Positions 10,788 through 24,555 of a stretch of 64,000 nt of DNA are shown here, one piece after another. The notes beneath the pieces are model-generated. The model saw nothing but the letters and a program-made list of their open reading frames with translations. It was not told where the DNA came from and ran no database searches. Position 1 is the stretch's first letter, and each line of letters opens with the position of its first letter. The DNA is from Eledone cirrhosa (Eukaryota): NCBI GenBank assembly GCA_964016885.1, contig OZ024741.1:256370001-256434000 (forward strand). Reading direction: 5' to 3'. Both the position numbers and the translations under genes were made by a program.

Positions 10788-13700
10788 GTTTCGCTTTACG
10801 ATGTTTCGACTTACGAGTGTTTCGACATACGAGTGTTTCGGCTTACGAGTGTTTTGATTTACGAGTGTTTTGACTTACGGGTGCTTCGACTTACGCGTGT
10901 TTTGACTTACGAGTGTTTCGACTTACGAGTGTTTCGACTTACGAGTGTTTCGGCTTACGAGTGTTTTGACTTACGAATGTTTTGACTTACGATTGTTTCG
11001 GCTTACGGGTGTTTCGACTTACGAATGTTTTTGCTTACGAGTGTTTCGGCTTACGAGTGTTTCGGCTTATGAGTGTTTCGAATTACGAGTGTTTTGACTT
11101 ACGGGTGTTTTGACATACGAGTGTTTCGATACGATTGTTCTGACTTACGAGTGTTTCCGCTTACGAGTGTTTCGGCTTACGAGTGTTTCGACTTACTAAT
11201 GTTTTTACTTACGAGTGTTTCGGTGTACGAGTGTTTCGACTTAAGGATGTTTCGACTTACGAGTGTTTCGACTTACGAGTGTTTCGACTTACGAGTGTTT
11301 CGACTTACGAGTGTTTTGGCTTACGAATGTTTTGACTTACGGGTGTTTCGACTTACGAGTATTTCGGCTTAAGAGTGTTTCGACGTACGAATGTTTTGGC
11401 TTACGAGTGTTTCGGCTTATGAGTGTTTCGGCTTACGAGTGTTTCGACTTACGAGTGTTTCGGCTTACGAGTGTTTCAGTGTTTCGGCTTACGTGTGTTT
11501 CGACTTACGAGTGTTTCGACTTACGACTGTTTCGGCTTACGAGTGTTTCGGCTTACGAGTGTTTCGGCTTACGAGTGTTTTGACTTACGATTGTTTGGCT
11601 TACGAGTGTTCTGACTTACGGGTGTTCTGACTTACGGGTGTTCCGACTTACGAGTGTTTCGGCTTATGAGGGTTTCGACTTACGAGTGTTTCGACTTACG
11701 AGTGTTTCGGCTTACGAGTGTTTCGACTTACGAGTGTTCTGACTTACGACTGTTTCGGCTTACGAGTGTTTCGGCTTACGAGTGTTTCGGCTTACGAGTG
11801 TTTTGACTTACGATTGTTTGGCTTACGAGTGTTCTGACTTACGGGTGTTCTGACTTACGGGTGTTCCGACTTACGAGTGTTACGGCTTATGAGGGTTTCG
11901 ACTTACGAGTGTTTCGACTTACGAGTGTTTCGGCTTACGAGTGTTTCGACTTACGAGTGTTCTGACTTACGAGTGTTCTGACTTACGAGTGTTCTTACTT
12001 ACGAGTGTTCCGACTTACGAGTGTTCCGACTTACGAGTGTTTCGGCTTACGAGTGTTTCGGCTTACGAGTGTTTCGACTTACGAATGTTTCGACTTACGA
12101 GTGTTCCGACTTACGGGTGTTTCGACTTACGAGTGTTTTGGCTTACGGTGTTTCGGCTTACGAGTGTTTCGAGTTACGAGTGTTTTGACTTACACGTGTT
12201 TTGACATACGAGTGTTTCGACTTTACGAGTGTTTCGGCTCACGATTGTTTCGAATTACGAGTGTTTCGACATACGAGTGTTTCGGCTTACGAGTGTTTTG
12301 ATTTACGAGTGTTTTGACTTACGGGTGCTTCGACTTACGCGTGTTTTGACTTACGAGTGTTTCGACTTACGAGTGTTTCGACTTACGAGTGTTTCGGCTT
12401 ACGAGTGTTTTGACTTACGAATGTTTTGACTTACGATTGTTTCGGCTTACGGGTGTTTCGACTTACGAATGTTTTTGCTTACGAGTGTTTCGGCTTATGA
12501 GTGTTTCGACTTACGAGTGTTTTGACTTACGGGTGTTTTGACATACGAGTGTTTCGATACGATTGTTCTGACTTACGAGTGTTTCCGCTTACGAGTGTTT
12601 CGGCTTACGAGTGTTTCGACTTACTAATGTTTTTACTTACGAGTGTTTCGGTGTACGAGTGTTTCGACTTAAGGATGTTTCGACTTACGATTGTTTCGGC
12701 TTACGAGTGTTCTGACTACGAGTGTTCTGACTTACGGGTGTTCTGACTTACGAGTGTTCCGACTTACGAGTGTTTCGGCTTATGAGTGTTTCGACTTACG
12801 AGTGCTTCGACTTACGAGTGTTTCGGCTTACGGGTGTTTCGACTTACGAATGATTTTGCTTACGAGTGTTTCGGCTTATGAGTGTTTCGACTTACGAGTG
12901 TTTTGACTTACGGGTGTTTTGACATACGAGTGTTTCGACTTACGAGTATTTCGGCTTACGAGTGTTTCGACGTACGAATGTTTTGGCTTACGAGTGTTTC
13001 GGCTTATGAGTGTTTCGGCTTACGAGTGTTTCGACTTACGAGTGTTTCGGCTTACGAGTGTTTCAGTGTTTCGGCTTACGAGTGTTTCGACTTACGAGTG
13101 TTTCGACTTACGACTGTTTCCGCTTACGAGTGTTTCGGCTTACGAGTGTTTCGGCTTACGAGTGTTTTGACTTACGATTGTTTGGCTTACGAGTGTTCTG
13201 ACTTACGGGTGTTTTGACTTACGATTGTTTGGCTTACGAGTGTTCTGACTTACGGGTGTTCTGACTTACGAGTGTTCCGACTTACGAGTGTTTCGGCTTA
13301 TGAGGGTTTCGACTTACGAGTGCTTCGGCTTACGAGTGTTTCGACTTACGAGTGTTTCGGCTTACGAGTGTTTCGACTTACGAGTGTTTCGACTTACGAG
13401 TGTTTTGACTTACGGTGTTTCGGCTTACGAGTGTTTCGACATACGAGTGTTTTGACGTACGGGTGTTTCGACTTACGGGTCTTTCGACTTACGAGTGTTT
13501 CGACTTACGAGCGCTTCGACTTACGAGTGTTTCGACTTACGAGTGTTTCGGCGTATGAGTGTTTTGACTTACGAGTGTTTCGACTTACGAGTGTTTCGAA
13601 TTACGAGTGTTTCGACTTACGAGTGTTTTGACTTACGAGTGTTTTGACTTACGGTGTTTGTGCTTACGAGTGTTTCGACTTACGAGTGTTATGACTTACG

Positions 13701-13923
13701 GGTGTTTTGACATACGAGTGTTTCGACTTACGAGTGTTTTGACTTACGGGTGTTTTGACATACGAGTGTTTCGATACGAGTGTTCTGACTTACGAGTGTT
13801 CTGACTTACGAGTGTTCTGACTTACGAGTGTTCTGACTTACGAGTGTTCTGACTTACGAGTGTTCCGACTTTACGAGTGTTTCGGCTCACGAGTGTTTCG
13901 GCTTACAAGTGTTTCGACTTACG

Positions 13924-13993
13924 AAAATAACAAATAGACGCGGTTTCAAATCTCTATGCTTTTCAAATTCATTACATTAATCTTTATTTATAC
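13924..13993 (+). repeat. 70-bp AT-rich element, copy 9 (flank class B)
   Basis: Same sequence. Confidence 0.97.
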
Positions 13994-15767
13994 GTTTCGC
14001 TTTACGAGTGTTTCGACTTACGAGTGTTTCGACATACGAGTGTTTCGGCTTACGAGTGTTTTGATTTACGAGTGTTTTGACTTACGGGTGCTTCGACTTA
14101 CGCGTGTTTCGACTTACGAGTGTTTCGACTTATGAGTGTTTCGACTCACGAGTGTTTCGGCTTACGAGTGTTTTGACTTACGAATGTTTTGACTTACGAT
14201 TGTTTCGGCTTACGAGTGTTTCGACTTACGAGTGTTCTGACTACGAGTGTTCTGACTTACGGGTGTTCTGACTTACGAGTGTTCCGACTTACGAGTGTTT
14301 CGGCTTATGAGTGTTTCGACTTACGAGTGCTTCGACTTACGAGTGTTTCGGCTTACGGGTGTTTCGACTTACGAATGTTTTTGCTTACGAGTGTTTCGGC
14401 TTACGAGTGTTTCGGCTTATGAGTGTTTCGACTTACGAGTGTTTTGACTTACGGGTGTTTTGACATACGAGTGTTTCGATACGATTGTTCTGACTTACGA
14501 GTGTTTCCGCTTACGAGTGTTTCGGCTTACGAGTGTTTCGACTTACTAATGTTTTTACTTGCGAGTGTTTCGGTGTACGAGTGTTTCGACTTAAGGATGT
14601 TTCGAATTACGAGTGTTTCGACTTACGAGTGTTTCGACTTACGAGTGTTTCGACTTACGAGTGTTTTGGCTTACGAATGTTTTGACTTACGGGTGTTTCG
14701 ACTTACGAGTGTTTCGGCTTATGAGTGTTTCGACTTACGGGCGTTTCGACTTACGGGTGTTTCGACTTACGAGTGTTTTGGCTTACGAATGTTTTGACTT
14801 ACGGGTGTTTCGACTTACGAGTGTTTCGACTTATGAGTGTTTCGACTTACGAGTGTTTCGGCTTATGAGTGTTTCGACTTACGAGTGCTTCGGCTTACGA
14901 GTGTTTCGACTTACGAGTATTTCGGCTTACGAGTGTTTCGTCGTACGAATGTTTTGGCTTACGAGTGTTTCGGCTTATGAGTGTTTCGGCTTACGAGTGT
15001 TTCGACTTACGAGTGTTTCGGCTTACGAGTGTTTCAGTGTTTCGGCTTACGTGTGTTTCGACTTACGATTGTTTGGCTTACGAGTGTTCTGACTTACGAG
15101 TATTCTTACTTACGAGTGTTCCGACTTACGAGTGTTTCGGCTTACGAGTGTTTTGACTTACGATTGTTTGGCTTACGAGTGTTCTGACTTACGGGTGTTC
15201 TGACTTACGAGTGTTCCGACTTACGAGTGTTTCGGCTTATGAGGGTTTCGACTTACGAGTGCTTCGGCTTACGAGTGTTTCGACTTACGAGTGTTTCGGC
15301 TTACGAGTGTTTCGACTTACGAGTGTTCTGACTTACGAGTGTTCTGACTTACGAGTATTCTTACTTACGAGTGTTCCGACTTACGAGTGTTTCGGCTTAC
15401 GAGTGTTTCGGCTTATGAGTGTTTCGACTTACGAGTGCTTCGGGTTACGAGTGTTTCGGCTTACGAGTGTTTTGACTTAAGGGTGTTTCGACTTACGAGT
15501 GTTTCGATACGAGTGTTTCGACTTACGAGTGTTTCGGCTTACGAGTGTTTCGACTTACGAGTGTTTCGACTTACGAGTGTTCCGATTTACGGGTGTTTCG
15601 ACTTACGAGTGTTTTGGCTTACGGTGTTTCGACTTACGAGTGTTCTGACTTACGAGTGTTCTGACTTACGAGTGTTCTGACTTACGAGTGTTCTGACTTA
15701 CGAGTGTTCCGACTTTACGAGTGTTTCGGCTCACGAGTGTTTCGGCTTACGAGTGTTTCGACTTACG

Positions 15768-15837
15768 AAAATAACAAATAGACGCGGTTTCAAATCTCTA
15801 TGCTTTTCAAATTCATTACATTAATCTTTATTTATAC
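15768..15837 (+). repeat. 70-bp AT-rich element, copy 10 (flank class A)
   Basis: Same sequence. Confidence 0.97.
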
Positions 15838-18800
15838 GTTTCGCTTTACGAGTGTTTCGACTTACGAGTGTTTCGACATACGAGTGTTTCGACTTACGAA
15901 TGTTTTTGCCTACGGGTGTTTCGACTTACGAATGTTTTTGCTTACGAGTGTTTCGGTTTACGAGTGTTCCGACTTACGAGTGTTCCGACTTACGAGTGTT
16001 TCGGCTTACGAGTGTTTCCGGCTTACGAGTGTTTCAACTTACAAGTGTTCTGACTTACGAGTGTTCTGATTTACGGATGTTTCGACACACGAGTGTTTCG
16101 AATTACGAGTGTTTCGACTTACGAGTGTTTTGACTTACGGGTGTTTTGACATACGAGTGTTTCGATACGAGTGTTTCGACTTACGATTGTTCTGACTTAC
16201 GAGTGTTCTGATTTACGGATGTTTCGACATACGAGTGTTTCGACTTACGAGTGTTTCGACTTATGAGTGTTTCGACTTACGAGTGTTTCGGCTTACGAGT
16301 GTTTCGACTTACGAGTGTTTTGACTTACGGTGTTTCGGCTTACGAGTGTTTCGACTTACGAGTGTTTTGACTTACGGGTGTTTTGACATACGAGTGTTTC
16401 GATACGAGTGTTCTGACTTACGAGTGTTCTGACTTACGAGTGTTTTGACTTACGAGTGTTCTGACTTACGGGTGTTTCGACTTACGAGTATGTTTGGCTT
16501 ACGAGTGTTTCGACTTACGAGTGTTTTGACTTACGAGTGTTCTGATTTACGGATGTTTCGACATACGAGTGTTTCGACTTACGAGTGTTTCGACTTATGA
16601 GTGTTTCGACTTACGAGTGTTTCGGCTTACGAGTGTTTCGACTTACGAGTGTTTTGACTTACGGGTGTTTTGACATACGAGTGTTTCGATACGAGTGTTC
16701 TGACTTACGAGTGTTCTGACTTACGAGTGTTTTGACTTACGAGTGTTCTGACTTACGAGTGTTCCGACTTACGAGTGTTCCGACTTACGAGTGTTTCGGC
16801 TTACGAGTGTTTCCGGCTTACGAGTGTTTCGACTTCCGAGTGTTTTGACTTACGGTGTTTCGGCTTACGAGTGATTCGACTTACGAGTGTTTTGACTTAC
16901 GGGTGATTTGACTTACGGGTGTTGTGAATTACGAGTGTTCCGATTTACGAGTGTTTTGACTTACGGTGTTTCGGCTTACGAGTGATTCGACTTACGAATG
17001 TTTTGACTTACGGGTGTTTCGGCTTGCGAGTGTTTCGACTTACGAGTGTTTCGGCTTATGGGTGTTTCGACTTACTAATGTTTTTACTTACGAGTGTTTC
17101 GGCGTACGAGTGTTTTGACTTACGAGTGTTTCGACTTACGAGTGTTTCGACTTACGAGTGTTTCGGCTTACGTGAGTTTCGACTTAAGAGTGTTCTGATT
17201 TACGAGTGTTCTGACTTGCGGGTGTTCTGATTTACGAGTGTTCCGACTTACGAGTGTTTCGGCTTATTAGTGTTTCGACTTACGAGTGTTTCGGCTTACG
17301 AGTGTTTCGACTTATGGGTGTTTCGACTTACGAGTGTTTTTACTTACGGTGTTTCGGCTTACGAGTGTTTCGACATACGAGTGTTTTGACTTACGGGTGT
17401 TTCGACTTACGAGTGTTTTGACTTACGAATGTTTTGACTTACGGGTGTTTCGGATTACGAGTGTTTCGACTTACGAGTGTTTCGGCTTACGAGTGTTTCG
17501 ACTTACTAATGTTCTTACTTACGAGTGTTTCGGCGTACGAGAGTTTTGACTTACGAGTGTTTCGACTTACGAGTGTTTCGACTTACGAGTGTTTTGACTT
17601 ACGAATGTTTTGACTTACGGGTGTTTCGGCTGACGAGTGTTTCGACTTACGAGTCTTTCGGCTTACGAGTGTTTCGACTTACTAATGTTTTTACTTACGA
17701 GTGTTTCGGCGTACGAGTGTTTCGACTTACGAGTGTTTCGACTTACGGGTGTTTTGACTTAAGGGTGTTTCGACTTACGAGTATTTTTGGCTTACGAGTG
17801 TTTCGACTTACGAGTGTTTTGACTTACGAGTGTTCTGATTTACGGATGTTTCGACATACGAGTGTTTCGACTTACGAGTGTTTCGACTTATGAGTGTTTC
17901 GACTTACGAGTGTTTCGGCTTATGAGTGTTTCGACTTACGAGTGTTTCGACTTACGAGTGTTTCGACTTACGAGTGTTTCGACTTACGAGTGTTTTGCCT
18001 TACGAATGTTTTGACTTACGGGTGTTTCGAATTACGAGTGTTTCGGCTTATGAGTGTTTCGACTTACGGGCGTTTCGACTTACGGGTGTTTCGACTTACG
18101 AGTGTTTTGGCTTACGAATGTTTTGACTTACGGGTGTTTCGACTTACGAGTGTTTCGACTTATGAGTGTTTCGACTTACGAGTGCTTCGGCTTATGAGTG
18201 TTTCGACTTACGAGTGCTTCGGCTTACGAGTGTTTCGACTTACGAGTATTTCGGCTTACGATTGTTTCGACGTACGAATGTTTTGGCTTACGAGTGTTTC
18301 GGCTTATGAGTGTTTCGGCTTACGAGTGTTTCGACTTACGAGTGTTTCGGCTTACGAGTGTTTCAGTGTTTCGGCTTACGTGTGTTTCGACTTACGAGTG
18401 TTTCGACTTACGACTGTTTCGGCTTACGAGTGTTTCGGCTTACGAGTGTTTCGGCTTACGAGTGTTTTGACTTACGATTGTCTGGCTTACGAGTGTTCTG
18501 ACTTACGGGTGTTCTGACTTACGAGTGTTCCGACTTACGAGTGTTTCGGCTTATGAGGGTTTCGACTTACGAGTGCTTCGGCTTACGAGTGTTTCGACTT
18601 ACGAGTGTTTCGGCTTACGAGTGTTTCGACTTACGAGTGTTTTGACTTACGGTGTTTCGGCTTACGAGTGTTTCGACATACGAGTGTTTTGACGTACGGG
18701 TGTTTCGACTTACGGGTCTTTCGACTTAAGAGTGTTTCCACTTACGAGCGCTTCGACTTACGAGTGTTTCGACTTACGAGTGTTTCGGCGTATGAGTGTT

Positions 18801-20012
18801 TTGACTTACGAGTGTTTCGACTTACGAGTGTTTCGACTTACGAGTGTTTCGAATTACGAGTGTTTCGACTTACGAGTGTTTTGACTTACGAGTGTTTTGA
18901 CTTACGGTGTTTCTGCTTACGAGTGTTTCGACTTTCGAGTGTTATGACTTACGGGTGTTTTGACATACGAGTGTTTCGACTTACGAGTCTTTCGGCTTAC
19001 GAGTGTTTCGACTTACTAATGTTTTTACTTACGAGTGTTTCGGCTTACGAGTGTTTCGGCTTATGAGTGTTTCGACTTACGAGTGCTTCGGCTTACGAGT
19101 GTTTCGACTTACGAGTATTTCGGCTTACGAGTGTTTCGTCGTACGAATGTTTTGGCTTACGAGTGTTTCGGCTTATGAGTGTTTCGGCTTACGAGTGTTT
19201 CGACTTACGAGTGTTTCGGCTTACGAGTGTTTCAGTGTTTCGGCTTACGTGTGTTTCGACTTACGATTGTTTGGCTTACGAGTGTTCTGACTTACGAGTA
19301 TTCTTACTTACGAGTGTTCCGACTTACGAGTGTTTCGGCTTACGAGTGTTTTGACTTACGATTGTTTGGCTTACGAGTGTTCTGACTTACGGGTGTTCTG
19401 ACTTACGAGTGTTCCGACTTACGAGTGTTTCGGCTTATGAGGGTTTCGACTTACGAGTGCTTCGGCTTACGAGTGTTTCGACTTACGAGTGTTTCGGCTT
19501 ACGAGTGTTTCGACTTACGAGTGTTCTGACTTACGAGTGTTCTGACTTACGAGTATTCTTACTTACGAGTGTTCCGACTTAGAGTGTTTCGGCTTACGAG
19601 TGTTTCGGCTTATGAGTGTTTCGACTTACGAGTGCTTCGGTTTACGAGTGTTTCGGCTTACGAGTGTTTTGACTTAAGGGTGTTTCGACTTACGAGTGTT
19701 TCGATACGAGTGTTTCGACTTACGAGTGTTTCGGCTTACGAGTGTTTCGACTTACGAGTGTTTCGACTTACGAGTGTTCCGATTTACGGGTGTTTCGACT
19801 TACGAGTGTTTTGGCTTACGGTGTTTCGACTTACGAGTGTTTCGAGTTAAGAGTGTTTTGACTTACGAGTGTTCTGATTTACGAGTGTTCTGACTTACGA
19901 GTGTTCTGACTTACGAGTGTTCTGACTTACGAGTGTTCTGACTTACGAGTGTTCCGACTTTACGAGTGTTTCGGCTCACGAGTGTTTCGGCTTACGAGTG
20001 TTTCGACTTACG

Positions 20013-20082
20013 AAAATAACAAATAGACGCGGTTTCAAATCTCTATGCTTTTCAAATTCATTACATTAATCTTTATTTATAC
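20013..20082 (+). repeat. 70-bp AT-rich element, copy 11 (flank class A)
   Basis: Same sequence. Confidence 0.97.
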
Positions 20083-23000
20083 GTTTCGCTTTACGAGTGT
20101 TTCGACTTACGAGTGTTTCGACATACGAGTGTTTCGACTTACGAATGTTTTTGCTTACGGGTGTTTCGACTTACGAATGTTTTTGCTTACGAGTGTTTCG
20201 GTTTACGAGTGTTCCGACTTACGAGTGTTCCGACTTACGAGTGTTTCGGCTTACGAGTGTTTCCGGCTTACGAGTGTTTCAACTTACAAGTGTTCTGACC
20301 TACGAGTGTTCTGATTTACGGATGTTTCGACACACGAGTGTTTCGAATTACGAGTGTTTCGACTTACGAGTGTTTTGACTTACGGGTGTTTTGACATACG
20401 AGTGTTTCGATACGAGTGTTTCGACTTACGATTGTTTCGACTTATGAGTGTTTCGACTTACGAGTGTTTCGGCTTACGAGTGTTTCGACTTACGAGTGTT
20501 TTGACTTACGGTGTTTCGGTTTACGAGTGTTTCGACTTACGAGTGTTTTGACTTACGGGTGTTTTGACATACGAGTGTTTCGATACGAGTGTTCTGACTT
20601 ACGAGTGTTCTGACTTACGAGTGTTCTGATTTACGAGTGTTCTGATTTACGGATGTTTCGACATACGAGTGTTTCGACTTACGAGTGTTTCGACTTATGA
20701 GTGTTTCGACTTACGAGTGTTTCGGCTTACGAGTGTTTCGACTTACGAGTGTTTTGACTTACGGTGTTTCGGCTTACGAGTGTTTCGACTTACGAGTGTT
20801 TTGACTTACGGGTGTTTTGACATACGAGTGTTTCGATACGAGTGTTCTGACTTACGAGTGTTCTGACTTACGAGTGTTTTGACTTACGAGTGTTCTGACT
20901 TACGGGTGTTTCGACTTACGAGTATGTTTGGCTTACGAGTGTTTCGACTTACGAGTGTTTTGACTTACGAGTGTACTGATTTACGGATGTTTCGACATAC
21001 GAGTGTTTCGACTTACGAGTGTTTCGACTTATGAGTGTTTCGACTTACGAGTGTTTCGGCTTACGAGTGTTTCGACTTACGAGTGTTTTGACTTACGGTG
21101 TTTCGGCTTACGAGTGTTTCGACTTACGAGTGTTTTGACTTACGGGTGTTTTGACATACGAGTGTTTCGATACGAGTGTTCTGACTTACGAGTGTTCTGA
21201 CTTACGAGTGTTTTGACTTACGAGTGTTCTGACTTACGAGTGTTCCGACTTACGAGTGTTCCGACTTACGAGTGTTTCGGCTTACGAGTGTTTCCGGCTT
21301 ACGAGTGTTTCGACTTCCGAGTGTTTTGACTTACGGTGTTTCGGCTTACGAGTGATTCGACTTACGAGTGTTTTGACTTACGGGTGATTTGACTTACGGG
21401 TGTTGTGAATTACGAGTGTTCCGATTTACGAGTGTTTTGACTTACGGTGTTTCGGCTTACGAGTGATTCGACTTACGAATGTTTTGACTTACGGGTGTTT
21501 CGGCTTGCGAGTGTTTCGACTTACGAGTGTTTCGGCTTATGGGTGTTTCGACTTACTAATGTTTTTACTTACGAGTGTTTCGGCGTACGAGTGTTTTGAC
21601 TTACGAGTGTTTCGACTTACGAGTGTTTCGACTTACGAGTGTTTCGGCTTACGTGAGTTTCGACTTAAGAGTGTTCTGATTTACGAGTGTTCTGACTTGC
21701 GGGTGTTCTGATTTACGAGTGTTCCGACTTACGAGTGTTTCGGCTTATTAGTGTTTCGACTTACGAGTGTTTTGACTTACGAATGTTTTGACTTACGGGT
21801 GTTTCGGCTTACGAGTGTTTCGACTTACGAGTGTTTCGGCTTACGAGTGTTTCGACTTACTAATGTTCTTACTTACGAGTGTTTCGGCGTACGAGAGTTT
21901 TGACTTACGAGTGTTTCGACTTACGAGTGTTTCGACTTACGAGTGTTTTGACTTACGAATGTTTTGACTTACGGGTGTTTCGGCTGACGAGTGTTTCGAC
22001 TTACGAGTCTTTCGGCTTACGAGTGTTTCGACTTACTAATGTTTTTACTTACGAGTGTTTCGGCGTACGAGTGTTTCGACTTACGAGTGTTTCGACTTAC
22101 GGGTGTTTTGACTTACGGGTGTTTCGGCTTACGAGTGTTTTGACTTACGAGTGTTTTGACTTAAGGGTGTTTCGACTTACGAGTATTTTTGGCTTACGAG
22201 TGTTTCGACTTACGAGTGTTTTGACTTACGAGTGTTCTGATTTACGGATGTTTCGACATACGAGTGTTTCGACTTACGAGTGTTTCGACTTATGAGTGTT
22301 TCGACTTACGAGTGTTTCGGCTTATGAGTGTTTCGACTTACGAGTGTTTCGACTTACGAGTGTTTCGACTTACGAGTGTTTCGACTTACGAGTGTTTTGG
22401 CTTACGAATGTTTTGACTTACGGATGTTTCGAATTACGAGTGTTTCGGCTTATGAGTGTTTCGACTTACGGGCGTTTCGACTTACGGGTGTTTCGACTTA
22501 CGAGTGTTTTGGCTTACGAATGTTTTGACTTACGGGTGTTTCGACTTACGAGTGTTTCGACTTATGAGTGTTTCGACTTACGAGTGCTTCGGCTTATGAG
22601 TGTTTCGACTTACGAGTGCTTCGGCTTACGAGTGTTTCGACTTACGAGTATTTCGGCTTACGATTGTTTCGACGTACGAATGTTTTGGCTTACGAGTGTT
22701 TCGGCTTATGAGTGTTTCGGCTTACGAGTGTTTCGACTTACGAGTGTTTCGGCTTACGAGTGTTTCAGTGTTTCGGCTTACGTGTGTTTCGACTTACGAG
22801 TGTTTCGACTTACGACTGTTTCGGCTTACGAGTGTTTCGGCTTACGAGTGTTTCGGCTTACGAGTGTTTTGACTTACGATTGTTTGGCTTACGAGTGTTC
22901 TGACTTACGGGTGTTCTGACTTACGAGTGTTCCGACTTACGAGTGTTTCGGCTTATGAGGGTTTCGACTTACGAGTGCTTCGGCTTACGAGTGTTTCGAC

Positions 23001-24485
23001 TTACGAGTGTTTCGGCTTACGAGTGTTTCGACTTACGAGTGTTTTGACTTACGGTGTTTCGGCTTACGAGTGTTTCGACATACGAGTGTTTTGACGTACG
23101 GGTGTTTCGACTTACGGGTCTTTCGACTTAAGAGTGTTTCCACTTACGAGCGCTTCGACTTACGAGTGTTTCGACTTACGAGTGTTTCGGCGTATGAGTG
23201 TTTTGACTTACGAGTGTTTCGACTTACGAGTGTTTCGACTTACGAGTGTTTCGAATTACGAGTGTTTCGACTTACGAGTGTTTTGACTTACGAGTGTTTT
23301 GACTTACGGTGTTTCTGCTTACGAGTGTTTCGACTTTCGAGTGTTATGACTTACGGGTGTTTTGACATACGAGTGTTTCGACTTACGAGTCTTTCGGCTT
23401 ACGAGTGTTTCGACTTACTAATGTTTTTACTTACGAGTGTTTCGGCGTACGAGTGTTTCGACTTCCGAGTGTTTCGACTTACAGGTGTTTTGACTTACGG
23501 GTGTTTCGGCTTACGAGTGTTTTGACTTACGAGTGTTTTGACTTAAGGGTGTTTCGACTTACGAGTATTTTTGGCTTACGAGTGTTTCGACTTACGAGTG
23601 TTTTGACTTACGAGTGTTCTGATTTACGGATGTTTCGACATACGAGTGTTTCGACTTACGAGTGTTTCGACTTATGAGTGTTTCGACTTACGAGTGTTTC
23701 GACTTACGAGTGTTTCGGCTTATGATTGTTTCGACTTACGAGTGTTTTGACTTACGGTGTTTCAGCTTACGAGTGTTTCGACTTACGAGTGTTTTGACTT
23801 ACGGGTGTTTTGACATACGAGTGTTTCGATACGAGTGTTCTGACGTACGAGTGTTCTGACTTACGAGTGTTTTGACTTACGAGTGTTCTGACTTACGAGT
23901 GTTCCGACTTACGAGTGTTCCGACTTACGAGTGTTTCGGCTTACGAGTGTTTCCGGCTTACGAGTGTTTCGACTTACGAGTGTTTTGACTTACGGTGTTT
24001 CGGCTTACGAGTGATTCGACTTACGAGTGTTTTGACTTACGGGTGTTTTGACTTACGGGTGTTGTGAATTACGAGTGTTCCGATTTACGAGTGTTTTGAC
24101 TTACGGTGTTTCGGCTTACGAGTGATTCGACTTACGAATGTTTTGACTTACGGGTGTTTCGGCTTGCGAGTGTTTCGACTTACGAGTGTTTCGGCTTATG
24201 AGTGTTTCGACTTACTAATGTTTTTACTTACGAGTGTTCTGACTTACGAGTGTTCGACTTACGAGTGTTCCGACTTACGGGTGTTTCGACTTACGAGTGG
24301 TTTGGCTTACGGTGTTTCGGCTTACGAGTGTTTCGAGTTACGAGTGTTTTGACTTACGCGTGTTTTGACATACGAGTGTTTCGATACGAGTGTTCTGACT
24401 TACGAGTGTTCTGACTTACGAGTGTTCCGACTTTACGAGTGTTTCGGCTCACGAGTGTTTCGGCTTACGAGTGTTTCGACTTACA

Positions 24486-24555
24486 AAAATAACAAATAGA
24501 CGCGGTTTCAAATCTCTATGAATTTCAAATTCATTACATTAATCTTTATTTATAC
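24486..24555 (+). repeat. 70-bp AT-rich element, copy 12 (diverged)
   Basis: CTATGAATTTC instead of CTATGCTTTTC, preceded by TTACA instead of TTACG. Confidence 0.96.

Larger units (their letters stand above)
8450..12270 (+). repeat. Second block of the 1558-bp HOR (about 2.5 copies, one unit shortened to 1494 bp)
   Basis: ORF starts 8889/10383/11941 (offsets 1494 and 1558) and 9515/11073 (1558), with the same variant strings as 1.8-6.5 kb. Confidence 0.9.
14850..23440 (+). repeat. ~4.2-4.5 kb higher-order tandem duplication, 2 copies, junction near 19,040
   Basis: Matching ORF offsets 14869/19067 (4198), 15800/20045 (4245), 16982/21463 (4481) and 17894/22296 (4402). Shared rare variants GTTTCGTCGTACG and TTCCACTTACGAGCGC. 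Confidence 0.9.
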
